This document shows positions 40,202 through 50,538 of a stretch of DNA of 64,000 bases, piece after piece. The position numbers were made by a program, and so were the translations under genes. Under the pieces are notes generated by a model that saw only the letters and a program-made list of their open reading frames with translations, did no database searches and was not told where the DNA came from. This DNA comes from Limnothrix sp. BL-A-16. GTDB lineage: Bacteria; Cyanobacteriota; Cyanobacteriia; CACIAM-69d. Positions within the stretch are counted from its first letter, which is position 1; every line of letters starts with the position of its first letter. The DNA is taken from contig CP166615.1 of assembly GCA_041937175.2 (NCBI GenBank), positions 1,408,001-1,472,000 on the forward strand, in the 5' to 3' direction.

Positions 40202-40470
40202 GAGGCTGTCTGAAAAGCCAAAATGGCTACCTTGTGGGTTGGCACCGACCGACGAAGACAAGGGGCTTAAGCCCCTTGCTCCCAACGATCTCGTTACGGT
40301 GGAATCAGAGCTTTGGGCGATTTGACGACACCCTCTAAGCCCCTTGCTCCCAACGATCTCGTTACGGTGGAATCAGAGTTTTGGGCGATTTGACGACACC
40401 CTCTAAGCCCCTTGCTCCTACAGCTACTAGCGCCTTTGCAAGCGCCCCAAGTTACTTCCCAGACATCCTC
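40202..40470. mobile_element. Compound MITE with two tandem 68-bp internal units
   Basis: Left end GAGGCTGTCTGAAAAG, palindrome 40259-40278, units 40268-40335 and 40336-40403, right end CTTCCCAGACATCCTC. Confidence 0.85.
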
Positions 40471-40503
40471 TGAGGATTCTTTTCAGGGCTATGGTCTTTG
40501 GCT

Positions 40504-41298
40504 TTAGCCGAATCGACCGGTTACATAATCGCGAGTGGCTTCTTCTACGGGATCGTGGAAAATGCGTTCCGTACGATCGTACTCCACCAAATAACCAACC
40601 TTGCTGCCCGAGTCGGTGGCTTGGGCGTTGAAGAAGGCCGTGCGATCGCTCACCCGCGAAGCCTGTTGCATGTTGTGGGTCACGATCACGATCGTGTAGT
40701 CACCACTCAGTTCCTTAATCAGTTCCTCAATTCGGAGGGTGGAAATCGGATCCAAGGCCGAGCAAGGCTCATCCATCAGGATTACTTCCGGTTGAATGGC
40801 CACGGCGCGGGCAATGCAAAGGCGCTGTTGTTGCCCACCGGAAAGGGCCAAGCCACTGTCGCGCAGCTTGTCCTTCACCTCATCCCAAAGGGCAGCCCGC
40901 CGCAGGGAGCTTTCAACTAGCTCATCCATGTTGCCGCGATAGCCATTGATGCGGGCCCCAAAGGCAATATTTTCGTAAATGGATTTGGGGAAGGGATTCG
41001 GGCGCTGGAACACCATCCCAATGCGGCTACGGATGGAAACGGCATCGACCTTGGGGCCGTAGAGGTCTTCTTCGTTGTAGGTGATTTGTCCCTCAACGCG
41101 GGCGCTGGGAACCAGGTCGTTCATTCGGTTAAAGCAACGTAAAATCGTGCTCTTGCCACAACCGGAGGGGCCAATGAAGGCCACAATTTCGCCCCGGGGG
41201 ATGTCTAGTGATGCGTCGCGCACCGCGATGCTGGGACCGTAGTAGACCGAGACTGATCGGGCAGATAACACCGCATTGGACGTGACAGAAGATTGCAT
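40504..41298 (-). CDS. pstB: Phosphate ABC transporter ATPase
   Basis: [45 protein letters not shown]. Confidence 0.96.
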   Translation of the reverse strand: MQSSVTSNAVLSARSVSVYYGPSIAVRDASLDIPRGEIVAFIGPSGCGKSTILRCFNRMNDLVPSARVEGQITYNEEDLYGPKVDAVSIRSRIGMVFQRPNPFPKSIYENIAFGARINGYRGNMDELVESSLRRAALWDEVKDKLRDSGLALSGGQQQRLCIARAVAIQPEVILMDEPCSALDPISTLRIEELIKELSGDYTIVIVTHNMQQASRVSDRTAFFNAQATDSGSKVGYLVEYDRTERIFHDPVEEATRDYVTGRFG

Positions 41299-41522
41299 AC
41301 CAGTCAAACCTGAACTGAAAAGTGAAGAAGCAAGGGAGAAGGTCGAAACATCAGCATCCAGCGCGGTCGATCTCAACCCCATCATCTGGATCCGGTGATT
41401 ACGGGCCATGAGAAGGGTATGAGTTCTAATCTGATCGATCAACCGCAGAACGTTTGCAGAACTATAAAACGTACCGGTTACCAGAATTCCCAAAAAACCA
41501 GGAATCCTAGGAATCCTAAGCA

Positions 41523-42434
41523 CTAGTTGAGGGCCTTCTGGAACCGGTTGCGCAACAGAATTGCCGTGCCATTCATGGCCAACAGAACAATCATCAAGAT
41601 GACAATCCCGGCGGCGGCGTTGATGTGGAAACCTTGCTGAGGTCGGGAGACCCAGTTGTAGATCTGGATCGGCAGCGCCGTGAAGGGGCTTTGGGGATTG
41701 TTGGGGATGAAGGGAACGAAGGTTAAGGCTCCAATGGTGATCAGCGCGGCGGTTTCCCCGATCGCCCGGGACAGGGCCAAAATGGTTCCGGTCAAAATCC
41801 CCGGCAGGGCCAGCGGCAACACATGGGCCGAAACCACCTCCCAACGGGTTGCCCCCAGCGCAAAACCTGCCTGACGCAGACCGTCGGGGACGGTGCGCAG
41901 GGCTTCGCGGGTGGCCACGATGATCACCGGCAAAATCAGCAATGAGAGGGTTAGGGCCCCAGTCAGAACGCTGCGGCCGCCGGTGATGGGTTGCAGCCAG
42001 CGAGCAAACACCTGCAATCCCAGCAAACCATAAATGATCGAGGGTACGCCAGCCAGGTTGGAGATGTTGATCTCAATCAGGCGAGACCACCAAGATTCGA
42101 GCGAAAATTCTTCCAGGTACAGGCCCGCACCCACCCCGATCGGGAAAGCAATCAACGCTGTCAGCGCCAGCAGCCAAATGGAACCACCCAATGCTGCGCC
42201 CACCCCGGCCAACTCCGGCTTACGCGAGGGCAGGCTCGTGATGAATTGCCAGCTAATGCGGGGCATTCCATCGATGAAGGTATCCACCAGCAGCACCACC
42301 AAAATCAGGATGGCGAACCCAGTGGCCACCCAGGTGGCCCCAGCAAAGATGTTGTCCTTGACGTAGCGCTGATCCAGACGAGGGTTGAAGAGCAACGCGC
42401 GCGATCGCCCTTGGGATTCGTTTGAAATAGCCAT
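41523..42434 (-). CDS. pstA: Phosphate ABC transporter permease
   Basis: [29 protein letters not shown]. Confidence 0.95.
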   Translation of the reverse strand: MAISNESQGRSRALLFNPRLDQRYVKDNIFAGATWVATGFAILILVVLLVDTFIDGMPRISWQFITSLPSRKPELAGVGAALGGSIWLLALTALIAFPIGVGAGLYLEEFSLESWWSRLIEINISNLAGVPSIIYGLLGLQVFARWLQPITGGRSVLTGALTLSLLILPVIIVATREALRTVPDGLRQAGFALGATRWEVVSAHVLPLALPGILTGTILALSRAIGETAALITIGALTFVPFIPNNPQSPFTALPIQIYNWVSRPQQGFHINAAAGIVILMIVLLAMNGTAILLRNRFQKALN

Positions 42435-43360
42435 TAGTCGTATTTTTCCTGGAAGCGACGCACAAACCAAAAGCTGAACACGTTCAACACCAGGGTCATC
42501 ACAAACAGGGTGGTACCCACTGCGAACAGGGTTCGGTAGGCGATCGACCCGGCCGGCGTATCCCCAAGGCTGACCTGCACGATGTATGCCGTCATGGTCA
42601 TGGCGGAAACAAAGGGATTCAGACCCAAAGTGGCATTCTGACCCGCTGCGATCGCCACGATCATGGTTTCCCCGATTGCCCGCGACACCGCCAAAATCAC
42701 CGAAGCCACAATCCCCGACAAGGCCGCCGGTAGCACGACTGCAATGATGGTTTCGCGCTTCGTGGCCCCCAACGCATAGGAACCATCTCGCAAACTCCGG
42801 GGCACGGCATAGATCGCATCCTCACTCAGAGAGGCAATCAGCGGCGTGATTGCCACACCCAACACAATCCCCGCACTCAGGGCATTAAACCCTTGCAGTC
42901 CGGGGATGATTTTCTGAAGCAGCGGTGTGACAAACAGCAGAGCAAAGTAGCCATAGACCACCGTGGGCACACCCGCCAACACCTCTAGGGCCGGCTTCAG
43001 CACCTGTCGCACCTTGGGGCTGGCATATTCACTCAGGCAAACGGCCGACAGCAAACCCAAGGGCAGAGCCACCAAAATGGCGATCCCCGTGGTCAGCACC
43101 GTGGCACTGATCAGGACGATGATCCCGAATTGGGCGCTGGCAAAGAGCGGAGTCCAGCGGGTTTCTGTGAAAAATCGCCAAATGGGAATGATTCTGAAGA
43201 AATCGACCGTCTCAAAGATCAGGGTGAAAACAATCCCGATCGTTGTGGCAACCGATACAAATGAAAAAAGACCCAAAATCAGTCGAACGATCAACTCTGT
43301 ACGGTGACTCGCTTGACGATTGGGCTGCCAAAGTGCGCGATCGCGCAGGGAACTCTCCAT
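42434..43360 (-). CDS. pstC: Phosphate ABC transporter permease
   Basis: [19 protein letters not shown]; stop overlaps pstA start. Confidence 0.95.
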   Translation of the reverse strand: MESSLRDRALWQPNRQASHRTELIVRLILGLFSFVSVATTIGIVFTLIFETVDFFRIIPIWRFFTETRWTPLFASAQFGIIVLISATVLTTGIAILVALPLGLLSAVCLSEYASPKVRQVLKPALEVLAGVPTVVYGYFALLFVTPLLQKIIPGLQGFNALSAGIVLGVAITPLIASLSEDAIYAVPRSLRDGSYALGATKRETIIAVVLPAALSGIVASVILAVSRAIGETMIVAIAAGQNATLGLNPFVSAMTMTAYIVQVSLGDTPAGSIAYRTLFAVGTTLFVMTLVLNVFSFWFVRRFQEKYD

Positions 43361-43659
43361 AGGGAAGGGGTGCGGGAACCCGCAAAAATCTTTTCGATTT
43401 TCTCTAGATTTAACTGCAAACCGGCAATGGGCTGATCAAAACTCAACGCCTGTTGCGTTCCCCTGGTCATGGGCTGGGGCGGCCGAACCTTCGCGAATTC
43501 TGGATGTTCGGCCGCAAATGTCCCATTCCAAGGATCTGCCACAGGCCGAGGCCATCAGCCAAGACCAACGGCCAAGGGATGATCAGACCCGCCATCTAAA
43601 GCCCCCGTGAGGATTTTAAAGACCCGGGCGATCGCCCCTCAGCACCAGGCTCAACCCGT

Positions 43660-44763
43660 TTACTTCTTCTCGGCACCGCCGGCCTTTTCAGCCGCCAGCA
43701 GATCCGACAGTTTAGCCCCGGCCGGAGCCTTGCCACCGAACACGGAACCGGTCACTCCCTTCTCCAGGCGCTCCTTCGCCAGCGTCAGCACCTCATCGGG
43801 CAGCGGCAAATAGCCCGTATCCGCAATGATTTGCTTGTTGGCCGCATCAATTTGGAATGCCACAAAGGCCTTCACCTCAGGACGGCTGAGGGCATCCTTG
43901 CGGACGTAAATGAATTCCGGACGCGACAGGGGTTCATAGGAACCGTCGGCGATCGAAGTCGCGCTCGGAGCAACGCACTTGCCGTTCTTGCCCTTGATTT
44001 CCACCAGCTTCAGCTTATCCTTGTTTGCTTCGTAGTAGGCATAGCCAAAGAAGCCCAGAGCACCTTCATCACCCGACACGCCCTGCACAATCACATTGTC
44101 GTCTTCGCTCGGCGTGTAGTCCCCACGGCTCTTACCTTCTTCACCGGTAATGGCCTTGGTGAAGTAGTCATAGGTTCCCGAATCTGTACCGGGGCCGTAG
44201 AGGGTCATCGGCTTGTCGGGGAACTTCGGATCCACATCCTTCCAGCTCTTCACCTTGCCTTCTGCGGCCGGTTCCCACATCTTCTTGAGCTGATCAACGC
44301 TCAAGCAGGCGGCGAAGTCATTTTTGGGGTTCACCACCACCGAGAGGCCATCAAAGGAGATGGGCAACTCCACATATTCCACGTTGCCCTTCTTACAGAG
44401 TTCAATTTCTTCTGTTTTGATGGGTCGCGAAGCGTTGGAAATATCGGTTTCCCCAGCGCAGAACTTCTTGAAACCGCCACCGGTTCCCGACGATCCCACA
44501 ATCACCTTGGTGCTGGTGTTGACTTTCATGAACTCTTCAGCCATGGCTTCCGAAATCGGAAACACGGTGCTGGAGCCATCAACCTTAACGGTGGTCGTTG
44601 CTTCTGCCGCAGCGGGGCTAGCACCGGCAGCAGGGCTTTCGCCAGCGGCGGGGCTGTTGCCTGCTTGGGGTGCGCCACCACAGGCGGCTAGGGAGAGGGC
44701 CAGGGCTGCGATCGAGCCAGCAGCCGCGTGACGGGTCATTCGACGCAGGAGTGAGTAATTCAT
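43660..44763 (-). CDS. pstS: Phosphate-binding lipoprotein (PstS family)
   Basis: Lipobox [35 protein letters not shown]. Confidence 0.95.
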   Translation of the reverse strand: MNYSLLRRMTRHAAAGSIAALALSLAACGGAPQAGNSPAAGESPAAGASPAAAEATTTVKVDGSSTVFPISEAMAEEFMKVNTSTKVIVGSSGTGGGFKKFCAGETDISNASRPIKTEEIELCKKGNVEYVELPISFDGLSVVVNPKNDFAACLSVDQLKKMWEPAAEGKVKSWKDVDPKFPDKPMTLYGPGTDSGTYDYFTKAITGEEGKSRGDYTPSEDDNVIVQGVSGDEGALGFFGYAYYEANKDKLKLVEIKGKNGKCVAPSATSIADGSYEPLSRPEFIYVRKDALSRPEVKAFVAFQIDAANKQIIADTGYLPLPDEVLTLAKERLEKGVTGSVFGGKAPAGAKLSDLLAAEKAGGAEKK

Positions 44764-44955
44764 AGAGCTTCCGTAAGGGGTGAAGTCAATCAACCGATCG
44801 AGTCTGAGGTCTGAAATCTGAAACCTGATTTGAAATCGGCGATGAGCTGAAGTCGAGTGGGTTGCTTTACGAGGAAACTGCCTCGCGGCGGCTAAAACTG
44901 CCGATTGCGCCGCCCGTTGGTGTGTGGTGAATAATGACAGGGGCAAACGGCGGCT

Positions 44956-44988
44956 AGCATAAACCGCTTGGGTAAAGAAAAGGTTAAT
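44956..44988 (-). promoter_or_regulatory. Candidate Pho box (SphR/PhoB site) and -10 element
   Basis: Minus strand ATTAACCT-TTT-CTTTACCC at 11-bp period (cyanobacterial YTTAAYYW-like), then TATGCT. Confidence 0.55.
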
Positions 44989-45330
44989 GGGTCTGATCCG
45001 CTTGCTGTCGCGATCGCTACAAATTTTGGAGTTTTGGGCCCAGGCTCCTAGTCGCCCAGAGTTGCCTACCGATTTTCGCACCCCTCCGCAGAAATTTCGC
45101 TCATCCGCTTGGGTATAGTTAAATTGGGGCTGCATCTTAAGGTTTCTTTTAAAGTTTTCGTCAATCTCACTCCAAAGCCCCGATTTTCCGATTTGCGTCA
45201 GACCAAGCCGCGCGATCGTCAAATCCGGTCTTTGGTCGTCGCCTTTGTCGCTCGGTCAATCGGTTGCGACAGGGTTAATTGGTTGTCTACGTCCTTTTCT
45301 TAATTTCTTCGATCGTCACGAGGAAGCATC

Positions 45331-48069
45331 ATGCCTACCACCCTGACCCCCGGCGACATCGCGATCGTTGGCTATAACCGCACCAGTGGTGATTTTCTTT
45401 TCATTAATCTAATTCCTCTCACAGCAGGAACCGAAATTTACTTCACTACAAAAGGCTGGACGGGAACCTCCCTAAGAACTGGTAACAATGAGGATCTGAT
45501 TAAGCTTACGGTGGGTGCAGGCACAATTCCTCGGGGGGTAGTGATTAGTAGTGCTGCTACATCGTCATCATCATTCACTTGGACAACTACTGGGACAGTT
45601 ACTGGAACCAGTTCTGGAAACTACAGTAGCTTGATCTTAGACAGTGCTGGTGATCAGATCATCGCTTTTCAAGCCTCTAATTCGAGTAACCCATTTGGCT
45701 CTACTTCTGCTTCGCAAACTATTTATCAATTAGACTTTACAGGTAGTTTTGAATCCAGTCCCTTAGCAAGCCCAGGAGAAAATGGAAGTGCAAAAGTTAA
45801 TGAACTAGATGCCAATAAGTCTTTTGCTTTATTGACTAACGCGACTATTCGTGAATTCTCCAACCTCAGTAGTTTTTCTGGTACTAGACAACAATGGCTA
45901 GATGCCATTAACAATTCTGCTAATTGGGGATCCCCAAGTAGTCTCACGCTGTATGCTGCGGGTGATTATAAGTCGGTTCAAATTCCTGTTCAGATTACAA
46001 CCAGCGCAACCACTGGTTCCGAAGCTGGAACAACAGATATCACTGTCACTGCGACGACTGATGATGGAAATGCTGCAACTGATGATTCAGTCGTAGGAAA
46101 TCAGACAGTTACCTTAACGGTCACCGGAACAGGAATTACAACCGGTGACTACACCTTGAATGGGCTAACAAGCAGCACAGCCACTATCACAATTCCTGAT
46201 GGAAAGACTTCGGGAACAGCTACTTTTAAGGTCGTCAATGACTCCATTGATGAGGATGACGAGACCGCAACCCTAACTCTCAGCAGTCCCTCAAGTCGAC
46301 TGGTCTTGGGCACGACCACTTCTCAGAATATTACAATTACTGATAATGATACGGCGGGCTTAACCGTTACACCAACGACGGGTTTAACAACCACCGAAGG
46401 CGGCGGAACAACAGACTTTACGGTCAAGCTCCAATCTCAGCCTACCAATGATGTAACTGTTTCTTTAACAAGTACAAACACGAGTGAAGGAACAGTTTCT
46501 CCAACTTCTTTAACGTTTACACCTAGCACTTGGAATACTGATCAAACGGTTACCGTCAAAGGTGTTGATGATCTCGTTAAAGATGGTAACCAGTCCTATC
46601 AAATCAAACTTGATCCCAGCTCCACAGATACCAAATATAATGGACTCAGTGATGTAGCGGTTAATATCAGCAACACAGACGATGACACGGCCGATATTGT
46701 ACGCACACCAGCATCAGGACTAATTACTACTGAAGCTGGCGGCACGGCAACCTTTACGCTAGTGCTGACCTCGCCACCCACCAGTAAAGTCACTGTTAAT
46801 TTGACCAGTTCTGACACCACTGAGGGAACTGTTTTACCCGCTTCAGTGGAGTTTGATAACACCAACTGGAGCACAACCAAAACTGTGACCGTTACGGGTG
46901 TTGATGACTCACTGGTGGATGGCAATATTGCCTACAGTATCAATGGCTCCCTAACGAGCAGTGATGCTAATTACTCAGGTAAAACCTTCACGATTACAGC
47001 TAGTAACACCGATAACGACACGGCTAGCGGAGGTGGTTCCTCTGGAGGCGGCACTTCTGGAGGCACATCAGGAGGCAGCACACCAACCGGTGGAAGCAGC
47101 ACACCAACCACCAGTGGCCCGGGAGTCGTGATCGATGCGTCGCGGGGCATTGTGATTAATGGCGGATCGAACTCGGGGTCAGGAGTCACTTTCCCGAATA
47201 TTTCGACGATTACGCCGATCGGTAGTTCACGGGCCCCTGTTTGTAATCTGGCGACGCAGCCAGCACCGCCGCCCTTGCCCGATTTACCCGGGGTGCAGTT
47301 TCGGCCGAACTCGATCGCCCAGCCGGCCACGTTGGGCCGCAACTCCAGCGATTTCATTACCGGATCGGGACGCAGCGAAGAGATTCGGGGTGGCGAGGGA
47401 GCCGATCGCCTCTTTGGGCTAGGCGGCAACGATAACCTCTACGGCGACACGGGCAACGACCAGCTCAACGGCAACGCGGGGGATGACGTGGTGCAAGGGG
47501 GCCCCGGGCGCGATCGGATCTTTGGGGGCAGTGGTCAGGATGCCCTGTGGGGCGGCCGCGATGATGATTTTCTGTGGGGCGATTTGGGCCAAGACCTGCT
47601 GGTGGGCGGCGCGGGCAACGACACCCTGTTTGGTGACCTTGATGGGGGAGTGACCCGAGATCTCCTGGGCAGCGAAGCGGATGCCGATCGGCTGTTGGGT
47701 GGTGAAGGCAATGATCTGTTGGTTGGTCAGAATGGCGACGATACCTTGGGCGGTGGCAATGGCAATGACACCCTCTTTGGTGGTTGGGGCAAAGATCTGC
47801 TGTTAGGCAACGATGGAGATGATTGGCTAGACGGTGGCCAAGGCGACGATACCTTGGGCGGTGGTGCGGGACGCGATACGTTCGTGTTGGGCGATCGCCC
47901 CGGAACCGTCACAATTCTGGACTTTGAGCGAGGAGCCGATCGCATCACCGGTCTCGATTTTGGTCAGGTCACCTTCGAGTCTGTGGGCTGCGATACGAAG
48001 GTGCTGCTGGGTAATCGAGTGGTGGCATACCTGGTGGGCGCTCCCGCTGACGGCATTAGCGGCTTTTAG
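45331..48069 (+). CDS. Secreted surface protein with Calx-beta/Ig-like repeats and RTX calcium-binding repeats
   Basis: Thr/Ser-rich repeats (TITDND, GVDD..DGN), Gly/Ser linker, many GGxGxDxL nonapeptides, C-terminal I.DF..G.D.I. Confidence 0.88.
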   Translation: MPTTLTPGDIAIVGYNRTSGDFLFINLIPLTAGTEIYFTTKGWTGTSLRTGNNEDLIKLTVGAGTIPRGVVISSAATSSSSFTWTTTGTVTGTSSGNYSSLILDSAGDQIIAFQASNSSNPFGSTSASQTIYQLDFTGSFESSPLASPGENGSAKVNELDANKSFALLTNATIREFSNLSSFSGTRQQWLDAINNSANWGSPSSLTLYAAGDYKSVQIPVQITTSATTGSEAGTTDITVTATTDDGNAATDDSVVGNQTVTLTVTGTGITTGDYTLNGLTSSTATITIPDGKTSGTATFKVVNDSIDEDDETATLTLSSPSSRLVLGTTTSQNITITDNDTAGLTVTPTTGLTTTEGGGTTDFTVKLQSQPTNDVTVSLTSTNTSEGTVSPTSLTFTPSTWNTDQTVTVKGVDDLVKDGNQSYQIKLDPSSTDTKYNGLSDVAVNISNTDDDTADIVRTPASGLITTEAGGTATFTLVLTSPPTSKVTVNLTSSDTTEGTVLPASVEFDNTNWSTTKTVTVTGVDDSLVDGNIAYSINGSLTSSDANYSGKTFTITASNTDNDTASGGGSSGGGTSGGTSGGSTPTGGSSTPTTSGPGVVIDASRGIVINGGSNSGSGVTFPNISTITPIGSSRAPVCNLATQPAPPPLPDLPGVQFRPNSIAQPATLGRNSSDFITGSGRSEEIRGGEGADRLFGLGGNDNLYGDTGNDQLNGNAGDDVVQGGPGRDRIFGGSGQDALWGGRDDDFLWGDLGQDLLVGGAGNDTLFGDLDGGVTRDLLGSEADADRLLGGEGNDLLVGQNGDDTLGGGNGNDTLFGGWGKDLLLGNDGDDWLDGGQGDDTLGGGAGRDTFVLGDRPGTVTILDFERGADRITGLDFGQVTFESVGCDTKVLLGNRVVAYLVGAPADGISGF

Positions 48070-48463
48070 GCCGGCTGGCTGAGGGTTGCTGGTGGGTGCT
48101 GGCCAATGGCTGGGGAAATGGGGCCGATCTTGAAGCGATCGGCTCCCTTTTCAGGATCGTTTGCTCAAAATTTGGGAGCTGGTTTCAGGGCGATCGACTC
48201 CTAGAACCTCTATCAGCTACGCCATTAATCGAAAACTATAGAAGTATTTAGGAATCTCAAGTGAAATCGATCGTCATCGATCAGAATCAGGCGCAAATGG
48301 CCAGTAACTGCCAATAGATGAGCTATATATGAATGAGCGGATCGAATATCCTAAAATTCGTCATAGCTGACCGCATAATCGCTACCATTGCAAACCCGCA
48401 CTGGTATTCTGACCGCAAAGGCAAAATCGATGTTTAGGCCCTCAAAGCCTGAGTCATCGGTTA

Positions 48464-48591
48464 GGGAATGTCTGAAAAGCCAAAATGGCTATCTTGTGGG
48501 TCCCATCGATCGACGACAAGGGGCTTAGGCCCCCTGCCCCGAAGGCAACTTTTGCCTTGCCAGTACCCCAAGTTACGTCTCGGACATTCTC
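48464..48591. mobile_element. Degenerate MITE copy
   Basis: TTA-GGGAATGTCTGAAAAG...CAAGGGGCTTAGGCCCCCTG...GGACATTCTC-CTA. Confidence 0.75.
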
Positions 48592-48670
48592 CTAGGGGTG
48601 CAACAGGATATTCGTAACTGTCTTCAGTTTCAGGTTCAACTGCTAATCATCGCGTGATTCGCACGGTTCT

Positions 48671-49666
48671 ATGACTTCGCAGCCGACTAGTATTGGTGTT
48701 TCAACTGTGGCTGGAACCACTGAAACGGTTCTTCATATCCCTGAGCGCCTCTCTGTTCTGGAAGCCGTTGATTTTAAGGACACCTGCAAAATGCTCTGTG
48801 AATCGGAATCGCTTCCGGTTCAAATCACTCTGGACTTCAGCCGCACCGCTTTTGTGGATAGCAGCGGTATCGGTGCATTGGTCAGTAGCTATAAGCTGGC
48901 CCATGCGACGGGTGTGAGCTTTGTGCTGCGGGATGTGCAGCCGCCAGTGATGGCCGTGTTGTCCATGACTGGCTTGGATGCGATGTTGCCGATCGAACGG
49001 GCCACCGCCCCCATGAGCGCTAAGGCCGGATCAGAAGAGGTGTTGCCACCGGCCACTCACCCTTCGGTGCGATCGTGGGTGAAGCGCACCCTCGATATTG
49101 CGGGTTCGTTGGTGGGGCTGACCATTTTGGGCGTTTTGTTTGTTCCCCTCGCGATCGCGATTCGTCTTGATAGCCCCGGCCCCATTCTCTTTAGCCAGTC
49201 CCGTTGCGGTTGGATGGGTAAGCGGTTTCGGCTTTGGAAATTTCGCTCCATGGTTTCTGATGCAGAAGCCCGGCGTAAGGAGGTCAAAAACCAAGCTGAG
49301 GGTGCGTTCTTCAAGAATGACAACGATCCCCGCATTACTCGCATTGGTCGTTTTTTACGCCGCACCAGCCTGGACGAGCTACCCCAATTCTGGAATGTGT
49401 TGCGGGGAGATATGAGCCTGGTGGGCACTCGGCCGCCCACGCCTGATGAGGTGGAGCGCTATGAGGTTCCCCAATGGCAGCGGTTAGATGTGCGTCCTGG
49501 AATGACCGGTGAGTGGCAGGTTAATGGGCGATCGACGGTGAAAAAATTTGAGGACGTGATTCGCCTAGACCTGAAATATCAGGAAAACTGGAGCTTGCAG
49601 CACGATTTAAAACTCATTCTCAAAACCGTCGCACTTCTGTTTTCCCGCAGCAGCGGCGCAATGTAG
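48671..49666 (+). CDS. STAS (anti-anti-sigma) domain fused to a priming sugar transferase
   Basis: FVDSSGIGALV; KR..DI, SPGP..F.Q.R.G, KFRSM, DPRITRIGRFLRRTSLDELPQ. Confidence 0.93.
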   Translation: MTSQPTSIGVSTVAGTTETVLHIPERLSVLEAVDFKDTCKMLCESESLPVQITLDFSRTAFVDSSGIGALVSSYKLAHATGVSFVLRDVQPPVMAVLSMTGLDAMLPIERATAPMSAKAGSEEVLPPATHPSVRSWVKRTLDIAGSLVGLTILGVLFVPLAIAIRLDSPGPILFSQSRCGWMGKRFRLWKFRSMVSDAEARRKEVKNQAEGAFFKNDNDPRITRIGRFLRRTSLDELPQFWNVLRGDMSLVGTRPPTPDEVERYEVPQWQRLDVRPGMTGEWQVNGRSTVKKFEDVIRLDLKYQENWSLQHDLKLILKTVALLFSRSSGAM

Positions 49667-49850
49667 TTAGGCGAGTCACATGGGCGCGCGTCCTCAAGGT
49701 TCGATCAAATCAAACCGCTTTAAATCTCTGCGCGGCCGCCTTGCCTGGTTGCGAGATTGCTTGCGGCCCCGTCGCTGGCAGCAATGGTGGACTCAGGGGT
49801 TGGGGCCCCGTTTGCACCATTGGTGGGACTATCAAACGGATAACCGCTGG

Positions 49851-50291
49851 ATGCCCACCAGCCATCAATCGCACCTACACCTCACAACGGATCTTCAGGA
49901 ACTTCCTTCGTTGTTGCAGTGGTTTGATGTCATTTTGAAGCGGGCTATTCCTGAATCGCTGCCGCCACAATTTTTGTGGGAGTGCCAGTTGATTTTGACG
50001 GAAGGATTTACGAATGCAGCTCGCCATGCGCACCATCACCGCCCTCCCCACACCCCGATCGTGGTTGAAGTGGGCCGTTGCGGGCGTTGTTTAAATATTC
50101 AAATTTGGGATTACGGCGATCCCTTTGATTGGGACGCGAAGTTGGCTTTACTGAAACAAGAAAAGCGCAGTCCTTTGGAGAAGGAATCAGGACGGGGATT
50201 GATGTTTATGGAGCAATTGTCGCGGCGGGTGCGTTACCGTCGCTATGGAAAACGCAATTGCTTGATGGTCCAAAAATCGTTCCCCAGTTAG
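49851..50291 (+). CDS. Anti-sigma-factor-type Ser/Thr kinase (RsbW-like HATPase)
   Basis: EGFTNAARHAH, IWDYG.PFD, E.GRGL. Confidence 0.85.
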   Translation: MPTSHQSHLHLTTDLQELPSLLQWFDVILKRAIPESLPPQFLWECQLILTEGFTNAARHAHHHRPPHTPIVVEVGRCGRCLNIQIWDYGDPFDWDAKLALLKQEKRSPLEKESGRGLMFMEQLSRRVRYRRYGKRNCLMVQKSFPS

Positions 50292-50344
50292 CTTTCCAAT
50301 TCGCTGTTAGGGGTCAGAGTTTGTGATCTGTTGTCCTGTCCTGG

Positions 50345-50538
50345 GATCCAGTGAAAGCGGTTGATCTGCCATCCTCTAATCAACCCAGACAAGGGGCTTA
50401 AGCCCCTTGCTCCCCAAGATCCCGTGAAAGCGGTTGATCTGCCATCCTCTAACCACCCCAGACAAGGGGCTTAAGCCCCTTGCTCCCCAAGATCTGTTCA
50501 CGGTGGAATCAGGGTTTCAGGCGATTTGACGACAGCCC
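50345..50538. repeat. 73-bp tandem duplication with two palindromes, followed by a MITE right end
   Basis: Palindromes at 50390-50409 and 50463-50482; end GATTTGACGACAGCCC abuts the stop codon at 50539. Confidence 0.8.

Noticed and set aside
40259..40420. CRISPR array (also considered for 50345-50490)
   Set aside because: The would-be spacers are near-identical to each other, so these are tandem duplications of MITE parts; no cas genes
40504..41844. 446-aa extended PstB from the ORF track
   Set aside because: Extension overlaps pstA in another frame and is not protein-like; ATG 41298 gives a normal PstB
43660..45222. 520-aa extended PstS
   Set aside because: Signal peptide and lipobox begin at ATG 44763; the extension covers the promoter region
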